DNA of 59,186 nucleotides, filler included, from Sphacelaria rigidula (taxonomy: Eukaryota): assembly GCA_964200075.2 (NCBI GenBank). It is 10 parts of 10 records of this genome, joined end to end, with 100 filler letters (N's around TTAATTAATTAA, not from the genome) between each part and the next. Parts side by side here need not be neighbours in the genome. Positions count along the whole stretch, not along the records: positions 47,431 to 53,258 come from CAXNAA020024146.1; positions 53,359 to 59,186 come from CAXNAA020024147.1; 8 more parts are not named here. One strand, given 5' to 3'. Under the pieces are notes generated by a model. It saw only the letters and a list, made by a program, of their open reading frames with translations, searched no databases and was not told where the DNA came from. The position numbers and the translations under genes are program-made. Below, one piece after another: positions 49,234 through 59,186 of this stretch. The number at the start of each line of letters is the position of its first letter. Within the stretch, counting starts at the first letter, position 1.

Positions 49234-51717
49234 GTGTGTTCGTCACCAGGCAAACAACGTGTTACGCAAGACGACTCGTCTCCTAACTCGCCCACGTTGG
49301 CCCCTTTAATCAACGCCGGGTTGAACAGTACAGCTTTACCAACCCCGCGTCCTGACGAATCGTCTCCAAAACCTCCCATGTTGACCCTAACTAGTGATGT
49401 TAATGAGTTGATTGGCGTATCAAACTCAACACCGCGCCCCGATGGCTCGTCCCCTGTTCCGACCAAGCTGGATAATGTAATTGATCCCGCTTTGCACAAC
49501 GACGACTCGCCCCCTCCGTTGGCCAATAAGGGTGAAACACCACGCACAGACCAGTTGTCGGGTCCAACCACGACAACTGCCCTTCCCTGGCATCGCCCCT
49601 CCGTTGCAGTATATGAGATTCAACCCTCGACTAATGAGATAAATATTCCAGGCACAAACACTGACACTCCATGCACGCACCATCCCTCCGACAAAAAGCA
49701 TGCCCCACAGGATCATCAACGGGTGTATTTTAGCACCTTCGTTCAAAACGCAAAGCAGGATGTGTCAGATGTCTTACCCGAATTCGGGCGCGATCTTATC
49801 AGTGGTACTGCAACTATGGATGATGCTTCTTTTACGACCAAGATAGGTTTACATAATCGAACGCGTGCAAACTGTCATTCGATAGCTCTTGCACTACCAT
49901 ACTCTGGTTCACCTCAAACGTTCATTACAGCCAGCTACTGGCAACAGATCATCAACGCGGGTGCGGCGGACGAGCATTGTCCGTCCACCGTGTGCCCTCC
50001 TGTTTTTGGTGAGTTTGGTTCCTCCACATCTCTTACGGTCAATCAATCGGTGAGACTAAGTGTACAATTCTACCAGGATACTACTCCCACTGCTCGGTTG
50101 TCCGTATGGGCACTAATTGTGCCCGACGGTTCCATGTCTTTTGACGTTTTGCCGGGTCGAGATAGCTGGCTTTGTTTTTCCACACACACGTACACGACGG
50201 ACACACCCGTCCCGAACCGTCCAGTCACAGGCAAACTATCACTGGGTCACTTCGACACTGATTCGGGAGCTCATGCTTATCAGGATGACCCCACGAAAAC
50301 AGGTAATGCTTTCCGTCTGTACTATGCTGGTGAACCTGTAGTCTCGCTTTCTTGTGAACCCCAACTAATACAAGTGAACCTCGTGAGACGCAAGGGATCG
50401 CCCGCCCTCACAGGACATTATTTGGTCGAATTTCTCAAACCTGACCAAGCACAGGTTGGTCCGTTTGAACGGACGGAGGTCTTTGTCCACAAAGGTAGGC
50501 AGGCCATTTACCTCACGTCCCCTGCGTGTTTCGATATACTCAAGGGTCAGTTGTTGGGTTATGCTCAAGCGCCTCTCATACGAGCCGCCCCGTCAGATTT
50601 ATGCCCGCCTGCGAACAACAACTCGCCGACCGACCCCCCGAAATCCACGGGCCCCCCTCTGCTACACATGCGTGACCCCATGGTGGTGACAAATCCACCG
50701 GGTGCGCCTGAACCTCAACCCCCAACTGCATTACTGGATAGATTTTCCCCAGAACAACGCGCCAGTTTTCAAAAGCTGTGGGATGACATTCCCCCTCACT
50801 TACGGCATATTGTTTTTGATCTATCTGGCGATGGTTGGACACCCACTGTAATCGATAGATTGAGATCCATCTTGATTAGATACTTTGAACGGTTTTCTAC
50901 TGCACCCTTGGATTTAGGTCGATGTACCACGACACTGTGTAAGATCAAGATTCCGGATGGCACTCCGCCTATCGCTATGCGCCCGTACCGTACGAACCCC
51001 CTCTTAGCGGATAAGATCCAGGTCATTCTCGATGGTTACTTATCCGCCGGTGTGATTCGGCACTCGACGTCTCCGTGGGCCTCGCCTTTAGCAGTCTTCC
51101 GTAAGAAAAGTGGCAAAATCAGACTGACGGTCAATTATCAACGATTGAACGCTGTCACCAAAATCGCCCGGCTGCCACTTCCACGGATTGATGAAATCAT
51201 TGACTCTCTTGGCGGGGGTAAGGTATTTTCGAACTTTGACTTGCAGTCCGGCTACCACCAGCTCGTGATGGATCCAAATTCCGTTGAACTGACAGCGTTT
51301 TGTACGCCATCAGATTTGTACGAGTGGCTGGTTACACCACAAGGTGCCGCCGGAGCTCCAGGTGCGTTTCAACGTGTAATGTTCCGAGTAACTGATGGAT
51401 GGCACAAATGCCATATGTACCTTGATGATGCGGTGTGCCACGACTCCGCACCGGCTGAACACGTCAAACAGTTGGCATCATTCTTTAATCGGTTTAAACA
51501 ACACAACTTGAAACTCGCCCACTCCAAATCCCGCATTGGCGCCACGAAGAGTGAGTTCTTGGGTCATTGCATCACCCCCGAAGGTCGTAGCCCAAACCTC
51601 GACAAGGTCGCCGCCCTCTCCGATATGCCCATGCCACGGAACATTTCTCAACTGCGTTTCTTGTTGGGAGGTCTCAGGTACTACAGACAGTACTTGCCAG
51701 CCTTGCCCACACGCTAA
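49234..51717 (+). CDS. Ty3/Gypsy pol: protease (catalytic D appears mutated), linker domain, reverse transcriptase
   Basis: ALPYSGSPQTFI, RPYRTNP, STSPWASP, RLTVNYQRLN, FSNFDLQSGYHQ, TAFCTP, MYLDD, EFLGH. Confidence 0.95.
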   Translation: MCSSPGKQRVTQDDSSPNSPTLAPLINAGLNSTALPTPRPDESSPKPPMLTLTSDVNELIGVSNSTPRPDGSSPVPTKLDNVIDPALHNDDSPPPLANKGETPRTDQLSGPTTTTALPWHRPSVAVYEIQPSTNEINIPGTNTDTPCTHHPSDKKHAPQDHQRVYFSTFVQNAKQDVSDVLPEFGRDLISGTATMDDASFTTKIGLHNRTRANCHSIALALPYSGSPQTFITASYWQQIINAGAADEHCPSTVCPPVFGEFGSSTSLTVNQSVRLSVQFYQDTTPTARLSVWALIVPDGSMSFDVLPGRDSWLCFSTHTYTTDTPVPNRPVTGKLSLGHFDTDSGAHAYQDDPTKTGNAFRLYYAGEPVVSLSCEPQLIQVNLVRRKGSPALTGHYLVEFLKPDQAQVGPFERTEVFVHKGRQAIYLTSPACFDILKGQLLGYAQAPLIRAAPSDLCPPANNNSPTDPPKSTGPPLLHMRDPMVVTNPPGAPEPQPPTALLDRFSPEQRASFQKLWDDIPPHLRHIVFDLSGDGWTPTVIDRLRSILIRYFERFSTAPLDLGRCTTTLCKIKIPDGTPPIAMRPYRTNPLLADKIQVILDGYLSAGVIRHSTSPWASPLAVFRKKSGKIRLTVNYQRLNAVTKIARLPLPRIDEIIDSLGGGKVFSNFDLQSGYHQLVMDPNSVELTAFCTPSDLYEWLVTPQGAAGAPGAFQRVMFRVTDGWHKCHMYLDDAVCHDSAPAEHVKQLASFFNRFKQHNLKLAHSKSRIGATKSEFLGHCITPEGRSPNLDKVAALSDMPMPRNISQLRFLLGGLRYYRQYLPALPTR

Positions 51718-53258
51718 AACCTCTCACCACCCTCCTCAAAAAAGGGATGACATTTTGTTCACATTGGAAATGGAAAAAACGGTCCACCGTCTTCTTGACA
51801 CCCTTTCGCGCCCGCCGATTCTCGTCTTCCTCGACTGGTCGGCAGCGGAGCAGGGTTCCCGCCCTTTCCGGCTCCACGCAATTTCTTCCAAAATTGGGTT
51901 TAGCTGCACATTAGAACAGGAGCACGTCGATGCTACTGTTCGTCCCATTGTCTATCGGAGTCGCACAACTTTTCCGAATGAATAGAATCGGTCTGTCATG
52001 GAACAAGAGGCCGGCGCAGTTGTTTGGGGCGTGCGACGTCTGCGCCAGTATTTGTATGACATCCCGTTTGTGATTTATACCGATCATAAGTCTTTGGGAA
52101 GCCTTGCCAAAATGGCGGAACACAACGCTAGGGTCCAACGCTGGTTCGAAATCCTGTCGTCTTACAACTTCAACTGAAGTACCGCACAGGTCCCCAGAAT
52201 GCAAACACCGACTTTCTGTCACGCTTGCCCACACCAGCTTAAGCTATCGATGAATCCCCCATGGGACGTATCACCGATGCCGCCGAAGACATTGTATATT
52301 TCATAAGCAGGAATGGACAGAGGTCTCTACACACCACTTTCACTAAGAGAAACGCCGGCTTTAGGCACGGGTGGGCTGACGACCACAGCCCACGCATCAG
52401 TCCTAGGCAGCTTGCAACCTCAATCGTTGTACTCAGTTTGGAATGGACTGTCTACGAATACTGTTGGCTATGATCATTTTCGTGCAACTGGCCAGCGCAT
52501 GGTTTTCGCAGCAGGTGTACAACCGTCCTTTGCTGACTCCGTCTTACTAGTTCAAGTTCGAGATTTGATTTCGAGTAGGACTCGTGGACGGCGAACCACC
52601 AAAACGGCCACCAAATTAGCCGTATCCGGTCCTGACCTTCCCCTCCCTGCCCCCACCCCGGTCCCCGATAGTTTCCTTGCGCCTCCTCAACCTCCACGAC
52701 GCAAGGCCCCCCGAAAATCGACCCCGACCGTGCCGCTCCTGCCAACCATAGCCAAAACCACGGCTGTGCCCCCCTTCCTTGGTGATGATATTGCAAACAC
52801 CACCACAACACCCTCCACGCTAACCGACGCAGGAGTCGCCGTTAACGTTCCGTCTGAGAGTACACCAACTAACTGGTGGGCTCACCCTTGATTCCGAAAT
52901 CACCGCTTCGTGCCAGCCCCGCCCCGAACCGACCCAACACGAAGTAGACGCTTCAAAAGATGGTGTATTCAAGGAACGTTTGGCTCTCTTCTCCCACGCC
53001 GATTGGGCCCGGGAACAACAGGCAGAACCTGCTTGTAAATCAGCTATCCATTATCTACCGAAAGGTTGTCCATGTTCATTCTCAGAATCCGAATTCCTTC
53101 TGCCAGTCGGAAATCTCAAAGCGCCCACACGGGATGAAGTTACTGAACTTTCAAGGAAAGGTATGCTACATACGGATGATGATGGTATAGTTCTGTTAGT
53201 TCGCCGGCCCACAGCAGCCCTCCCCAGGGGGAAGCCTACAAGTCGACATGCCCGCTTG
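51717..53258 (+). pseudogene. Gypsy pol continuation: RNase H (frameshifts and stops) and the spacer toward integrase, truncated by the contig end
   Basis: PPILVFLDW...RPFRLHA..SKIGF..TLEQ...RPIVYRSRTTFPNE*NRSVMEQEAGAVVWGVRRLRQYL...IYTDHKSL...RVQRW; later DWAREQQAEPAC. Confidence 0.88.
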
Positions 53259-53426
53259 NNNNNNNNNNNNNNNNNNNNNNNNNNNNNNNNNNNNNNNNNN
53301 NNTTAATTAATTAANNNNNNNNNNNNNNNNNNNNNNNNNNNNNNNNNNNNNNNNNNNNCGCCGCTGAATTGCACCCGCTGGCTCCCATCGAAACACTATC
53401 GCCGTAACCAGCCGCACTCGACGCCT

Positions 53427-54220
53427 CTACCGCCGTTTCCGTGTCCACCGCCCCCCCGGCAGCTCGCCCATCACCACTGTCGCATCCCACTGCCGGGCCC
53501 CACCCCCCTCTGTGCGTCCAAGAGCGTCGGCGCGTCCCACCGCGTATGCCATAATCGCCGCCGGTGTCGCGGCCCCTGCTTCGCCCGGTAACACCGCCGC
53601 CGCCGTCGCCAGCGCCTCTTCTTCCGCCGCCGCCGCCACCACCGCTTCTTCCACCGCTGCCGCCACCGCCGCCAACACCACTGCCATTTCTTCCACCGGG
53701 AGCGCTGGCGTGGAGCCGCTTCGGGCGGGCGGTATTTCACTACCGTACGTCACTATCAAGGGTTCATAGTGATTTTCGACCAATGCTCGCTCGAATACAC
53801 CGCTAGCCAGATAGTTCCTCGCCTGTTTGCTGTTTTCCCGCAGCCAGCTCTGGAAGCCTGACCCTCGGGGCAGGGGCTTGGTCGATGTGGGACGGAACTT
53901 CGTCTGACCCTTTCGCATCTTTTCTGTCCGCCCTCGCTGCTCATGGGCCTTGATGATTCCCACGGCATCGGGGTCGTCGTGGGCAACTATTAATAGCTCG
54001 GTCCCGGCGTCGGTCCATTCGGTATGCACCTTGTCGACATGGTAGCTTTCCACTGCTGGATAACCGCCCTCAGTCGCGGCCTGAGGAGGTTCGCGGTGGA
54101 CCTCCGTCGCGTAGTCGACGGCATGACCCTGAGCTACGTAGAACGGGTCGAGCTGCTCGGCATCGGGACAGGCGGATCGTACCCACTGATTCGCGACGCT
54201 CTTGTTGGAATGCCCTAAAC
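53427..54220 (-). pseudogene. Academ-like transposon protein, exon 3: start of XPG/FEN(PIN)-like region, then Ala/Glu-rich low complexity (3' boundary uncertain)
   Basis: Acceptor ttgcctacag|; the phase-1 join gives PFSMLNSNGG-LGHSNKS; motifs HAVDY, LLIVAHDD...IKAHEQRGR, FQSWLRENSK. Confidence 0.6.
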
Positions 54221-54501
54221 CTGTAGGCAACGTGGGGGTGCGGTGATAAGAGGAAAGGGGTGGTGTGGCAGAAGATGACTGTGCGTGAGGGTAGAAACAA
54301 AATCGATCTGACGGCCGTTGGGAATGATCACTACAAATATGTGCGAAAGCATCCGGCGCTAGTGTACTGACGGTAAGAAAAATCCCCAGGGTTAGACACA
54401 GCCAAACTGCAAGTTGTCTACGGCCGAGTGCGATGTGAATGTGCTCGTTTCCCGGTATTGTGTCCACTGCAACTCTGGTCAGCAGTAGGTATTCCTCTCA
54501 C

Positions 54502-56711
54502 CTCCGTTGGAATTGAGCATGCTGAATGGGACGGACCCTCCGAGCTTGAGAAGTACCCTCTCCTTCTCCTCCTGAGAAATTTCGGGCGCCCCCACAATCC
54601 CTCTCAAAGCGGTCAGCAGCTCCTGCGTGTACATGGTGTTGTTCTTGGTGTTGGACTTCAACGTCGACTTCCGGCCTTGAGTCACCGTCGGTGTGGTTGT
54701 TGTGTTCTTTGGCGGGATGGTATATACCTTCTGCTTCGTTGCCCCCTTCTTGGTCTTGTCGCCCAACACATAACACGCGATGTTGTCCTCCAGCTTCTGC
54801 TGTGACACGTCGGAGCAAGACAAAATGGCCGCCGCCTGCGGACCGCTGACCACTCGCCCGTCCAGGGCATGCAGGACCTCTTCGCCGGCCGGCGTGAAGG
54901 CAGGAGTGTAGTGTAGCTTCTGATACGCCTTCGTCACGTGGGGCTGATGTTTGAGGAACAACTCTCTTTCACGGTTCCGCCCGGCACCCTCCCCAAAGAA
55001 CAAGTGTTCCTTCACTGCTGCTTCCGCCATATCCCGGCATTCTGCGATTGGAGCAAGTTTCTCCAGTGCAGTAGGCGTCTTCTTGTTCGTGACTTTTTTG
55101 AAGAACCTGTTCGCCATCTCCTGCCGCTCATCGAGTCCCACCCTTGCCCAGTATCTGTTGTCGCGCAACGATACCGAGAAGAGCTGTTCCACGAACTTCA
55201 GGTTCGATTCCGGCATTTGCGCCATGTGCATAAGGTATAGCACCACCAGCCACTGGTAACGGTCTTTACCTGTTACACAGAATATGAATGCCATGCGGCG
55301 AAGCCCTGCCAGCCGAAGGAGGAAGTTGCCTGTGCGCAGGCCCGTTCGGAATGCCATATACGCGGGGCAGTAGTGAAGGACGAAGCTCTCCCACACTCGG
55401 AAGCTCTTGTGGTTTTCCGCCCGGGCCCGAACCCAAGATCGAATGGCAGGAATGTCTTCCCTCCTCGCATGCACCTTCACCTTGTTAGCTATATCGTGAA
55501 ACTTTTCTGCCAGCTGCTCCACGGTTTTGTCGAAGGGTTCATGGTCGTCACTGCCACTGACGTCGGGCGCCGCCGCCGCCGCTGCTCCTGAGGTGGTGGT
55601 CGCCGCTGATGCCATGCTGGAGGCGGATCGTATTCGGCTGCCGGCGCCCGCCACTGGTGATGTGCCGAATGTGGGAGATGGCCCCATATCGGCGGCCACT
55701 GCTTCGCCGTCGGCGCGGCCGCCTACCCCGCCGCCGCCGCAGTCCGGCGCGGACGGTTGTCCTCTGTCGGTATTGAACGACAACAGCCCCGTGCCATATT
55801 CGCGGAAATCTATCAGTCCTGCGCTGGCGTGGATTACGCAGAACATCGGATCTCTCACGTCTCTGATTCCGTGCGTCGCCGCCGATGTGCAACCCTCGCC
55901 ACGACATTTGCGTTGTTCAGCCCCTGCAGTGCTTGGAGACTGCAGGCCCCGCGGACCGCTTGACTGTTGACCCGCGTCGACATGCTCTGTCACCCCCGCA
56001 CCGCCTCGTGTTGTTACCGTAGCGGAAGGTGCCTCCGTACGAACGCCGATTGCAGGCGCTGCCATACTGTTTATCTGCAGAGATGATGCTGCGGCGGGTC
56101 CCGCAGGGTGCAGTATTGTCTGGGCGTCCGGTGGCATGGGTGGCGTTGTCGCCGCACCAAGTGCTGGTGCTGATGCTTCCGCGGGATCCGATCCTGGTGC
56201 TGTGGCAGTCTCCGGCACCTCACCGGCATCACTCGCCGCGGCTCCGGCGTTGGTCACTTCCGTATCGCCGCCATGCTCGGTACATGGCCACTATTTTATC
56301 CCACGTTGCTTCGAAGAACACGCTGATGGTATGGTGTGCCACCCGATAGTTGGTAGCCTCCGATGCTTTTGTTCCGTCCACGCCAAGCGCCGCTGCGATG
56401 AACTCTATCCTTGCCCCCCCAAACCGGTTCATGATGACCTTCGCCATGTGGTACAGAAGGTGCCAGTCACCCACGTATATTCTGAGCCAGTGATAGTGGC
56501 CGGGGTTACTCCGAATCAGGTGATACATGAAGCGAAATGTCTCCTCATCACCGGCAACCATGCATGCCGCCGCCGCGCCCCTCTCGTCCACTCGGCGTAT
56601 ATCGGCAAGACGGTCGATGGCGGCCTTGGAGTCGGACCAACTCTTTGTGGTGCCCAGTTGCATGAAGAGGTACTTGAACACCTGCGGCTCCCTCTGCATC
56701 ATCGGTATCGC
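54502..56711 (-). pseudogene. Academ-like transposon protein, exon 2: DDE core with an inserted low-complexity and EsV-1-7 segment; one frameshift near 56280
   Basis: cccccatcag|AIPMM...AGDEETF...YVGDWHLLYH...[frameshift]...LRTGNFLLRL...GKDRYQ...GLDERQEMAN...PFSMLNSNG|gtgaga. Confidence 0.75.
55805..55909 (-). other. EsV-1-7-type cysteine-rich motif
   Basis: KCRGEGCTSAATHGIRDVRDPMFCVIHASAGLID fits C-x4-C...(F/H)G...FC-x2-H-A-x2-G(M/L)(V/I)D. Confidence 0.8.
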
Positions 56712-57238
56712 CTGATGGGGGAAGTCGAGGAAAAGAGCACACAAGCGCGGATGATGTAGGGTTTACACCCCGTTAGGCATTTGTTCACCCTCACACCTTC
56801 AATCCATGCCACTCTGCGAGGTGCGCACGTCGGAAATAGGATAAGCACTTGTGCATTCCCTGAAATGTTTCCACCGACTCTTCTTCTCCTAATCTCTTAT
56901 TCCTGAATTGTTTACGATGCAGAGTCAGTACCGGGTAGGAAACGCGGCAACGGCATCTGTAGGGCTTTCGAATCCGCACCTTGCCAAACTACTCGGTGCG
57001 AGCAAATACACTTGGATTACCCGTGCGCGGCGTCCGCGCGGAATTATGTCATCACCTAACCCTAACCCTGGCTCAAGTGTAAACAGCCTGATGGTGATGC
57101 GAGCTGAGCTCCAAGATCTTGATAGTATCATGCCAAACGCAACACTGCGCCCCACGCACAGTTGCGTGATCCCGCCGTCTTTCGACATTAATTTCCCGAC
57201 CAAGTACTGCGCACCCAAAAGTTGCCGGCTCTGTTCAC

Positions 57239-59173
57239 CTGTCTGAGTTCGATCTCCAAGCAAGTTTCGATGTCGCCACCTCCACCTGCGATCCTCGCCA
57301 CCGCGCAACGGAATGCTGCATCCTCGAATACGGAGAGGAAACGCCCCCATTGCTCACCGTCCCTGTGCCAGGAGGGTCCCGTCGTGATATCCACGGCCAA
57401 AAGATCACCTTGCCGACGGTGCGCGTGCATGAGCGATAAATGCCCAGGCAGAGTCTCCACGGCCACGCAGGTGGCCGCGATAGTACTTTTATGTGCCCCG
57501 ACCCCCGTGACACTTGTCGTCGGCCGAAAATCGCAGTTGTCCCAAGGAATCGCAGCAACCCGTAATGCGAGGGCCATGATATGTCTGTCCATCCTCCACT
57601 TCACGTGGAACTGTTCCCGCTTGTACCGCATCGACTCTGTCATGCAGAATCCATAGGCGGCGACGTAGTCGATGACAGCCACGGGTGTGCCGTGCGTTTT
57701 CAACACCTGCGCCAGATGGAAGTCGTGCATTGCTCGAAAACCTCGGCCTGAAACAGTTTTGACGAGGTTTTGCACGAGCATATACAGTCTCCCAATCCGT
57801 CTCTTCCTCTTCTTCATCTTATTGCGCAGCGCCTTTTCCCGCGGGGTCGATCCGTGTCTTCTTGCACTGGCGCGGAACATCGCCGATCCCCCTTGAGCTG
57901 CGCCCCCGTTTTCCTGTTGCGCCGTTCCACCACCAGACCCGCTTGCGGTGCCCATCAAACCCGCCTCGCCATCCCGCGCCACCGACATGTCGTCATCATC
58001 CGCCCCAGCAGTGCGAGGCGCGTGAAGAGAATCCCCTCGCCTACCGCTCCTTGCTTCATCCCCTGTCGGAAAAAGCAAGTCCGGATCATCACGCGACACT
58101 TGCAAATGGCACAGACTGCTCAGCAACGCCAACAGTGCCGGCGGCGTTTCATCCCTTAGAAATTGCTTCATGGATCTCATATTCCTCGATATGTCGGCGG
58201 CGTATTTCTGGTCCCTATCCCCCGATACGTTCCTCAGTTCGTGCGCACTTTCGATGTCCACCCTCACGATAGACCCAGCCGCTGTGACCACGGCCCGTTT
58301 ATCCTTCTTCGAACCGGCAGCTATCACCCGCTGGAGTGCGTGTTCATTAGGCTGACCAGTCTTGATCTCGGCAGTGAGGCGGGAGACAGAACGCTCCAAC
58401 TCTTGTACCCTCGTACGCATGTTGCGAACTTGAACGTCGGCCACAATGGCTACCTCGGGCGCCACCACCGACGGAACGAGATAGATGAACTTGCGTCGCC
58501 CATCGCATACAGCCGCATCAACCCCGCTCCTCTTCTCAAGCTTGGCGTCGACTGCGCCGTCCGCGACCACTGCATCGAAAATTCTCAGCGCTTGCTCCCT
58601 GGTGCGCATGTCTAGAACAGCCCGAGCGTTAACTGCGGTTCTGGCTTCGATCAGCCAGGATTGAACACCCTCCACACCCACTGAACGCCCCTCCTCAACG
58701 GTCGCAATCACTTTTTGGCGTACCTCTGCAACAAAGTCTGGCTCGGCAGGGGTAGGGGAGGGTGTTAAACCGACAGTCGCGGGTGTGCAGCTAACAGGAG
58801 GGGGGGGATTTGCCTTCCGCCTAGTACTCCTTATCCTGTGTCGATCGATGGAGCGCCACAAACAATCATCCCGGTTGCACATGCAGTCTGAACTCAGTTA
58901 ATAGTTTTTCACAAACGCAGCCGGGCGTACACTGCCATCATCCGTACACGCCTCCAGAAATTGCCGAGCCTCCGTGATTCGCGCAGCGCCAATATGACGC
59001 CAGTCACTGCCTTCCCCGGGCCCTGGTCGATGGCAGGCGAAGCACAGTCGCGATGCCGGGTTGTGTACCTGACCACAAGAAGAGCACGTGTTGCATTCCT
59101 CGTCGAAGACGGGGAACTGCATGCCACACACATCACGATTGCAAACCCGCTTACGTCCTTTCCCCCTCCTCAT
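57239..59173 (-). pseudogene. Academ-like transposon protein, exon 1: Cys-rich N-terminus, coiled coil, first catalytic motif; one in-frame TAA at 58898-58900
   Basis: ORFs 58898-59173 and 57188-58882 are in the same frame; FHLAQVLKTHG..VIDYVAAYGFCMT, IPWDNCDF; donor cag|gtgaac in phase 0. Confidence 0.72.
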
Positions 59174-59186
59174 TCCACTAACCGGG

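Noticed and set aside
5830..53358. Regularly spaced TTAATTAATTAA sites and any multi-gene 'system' spanning them
   Set aside because: These are artificial concatenation linkers; neighbouring contigs are unlinked
54221..54467. Transmembrane-like start of ORF 53427-54467 (LAVWLCLTLGIFL)
   Set aside because: Falls inside the predicted intron 54221-54501

Overview
This window is not continuous DNA. It is ten unrelated contigs of about 5.83 kb joined by artificial N44-TTAATTAATTAA-N44 linkers (contigs: 1-5829, 5930-11758, 11859-17687, 17788-23616, 23717-29545, 29646-35474, 35575-41402, 41503-47330, 47431-53258, 53359-59186), so nothing can be inferred across the linkers. The DNA is eukaryotic, intron-rich and full of transposable elements (TEs). 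It is most likely from a brown alga (Phaeophyceae), inferred from an EsV-1-7-type cysteine motif, a signal peptide followed by an 'A|F' plastid-targeting motif, and long TE-filled introns. Host genes: three 3' exons of a syntaxin-16/SYP4-type t-SNARE, three exons of a MAP3K-like kinase, and the first exon of a plastid-targeted DIDDT (APP1/HAD-like) phosphatase. Mobile DNA: two contigs of one Ty3/Gypsy family, a Ty1/Copia RT-RNase H remnant, a small gag-only LTR element, two LINE copies, a tRNA-derived SINE family, a ~250-bp MITE, a ~98-bp TTAA (piggyBac-type) MITE, a 155-bp satellite and a 41-bp palindromic array. The most interesting item is the last contig. It holds a spliced, lightly disabled reading frame of more than 1,500 codons with an N-terminal Cys-rich region, Academ-type DDE transposase motifs, an inserted EsV-1-7 (phaeovirus-associated) motif and the start of an XPG/FEN-like domain. 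All family assignments come from motif recognition by eye; no searches were run.
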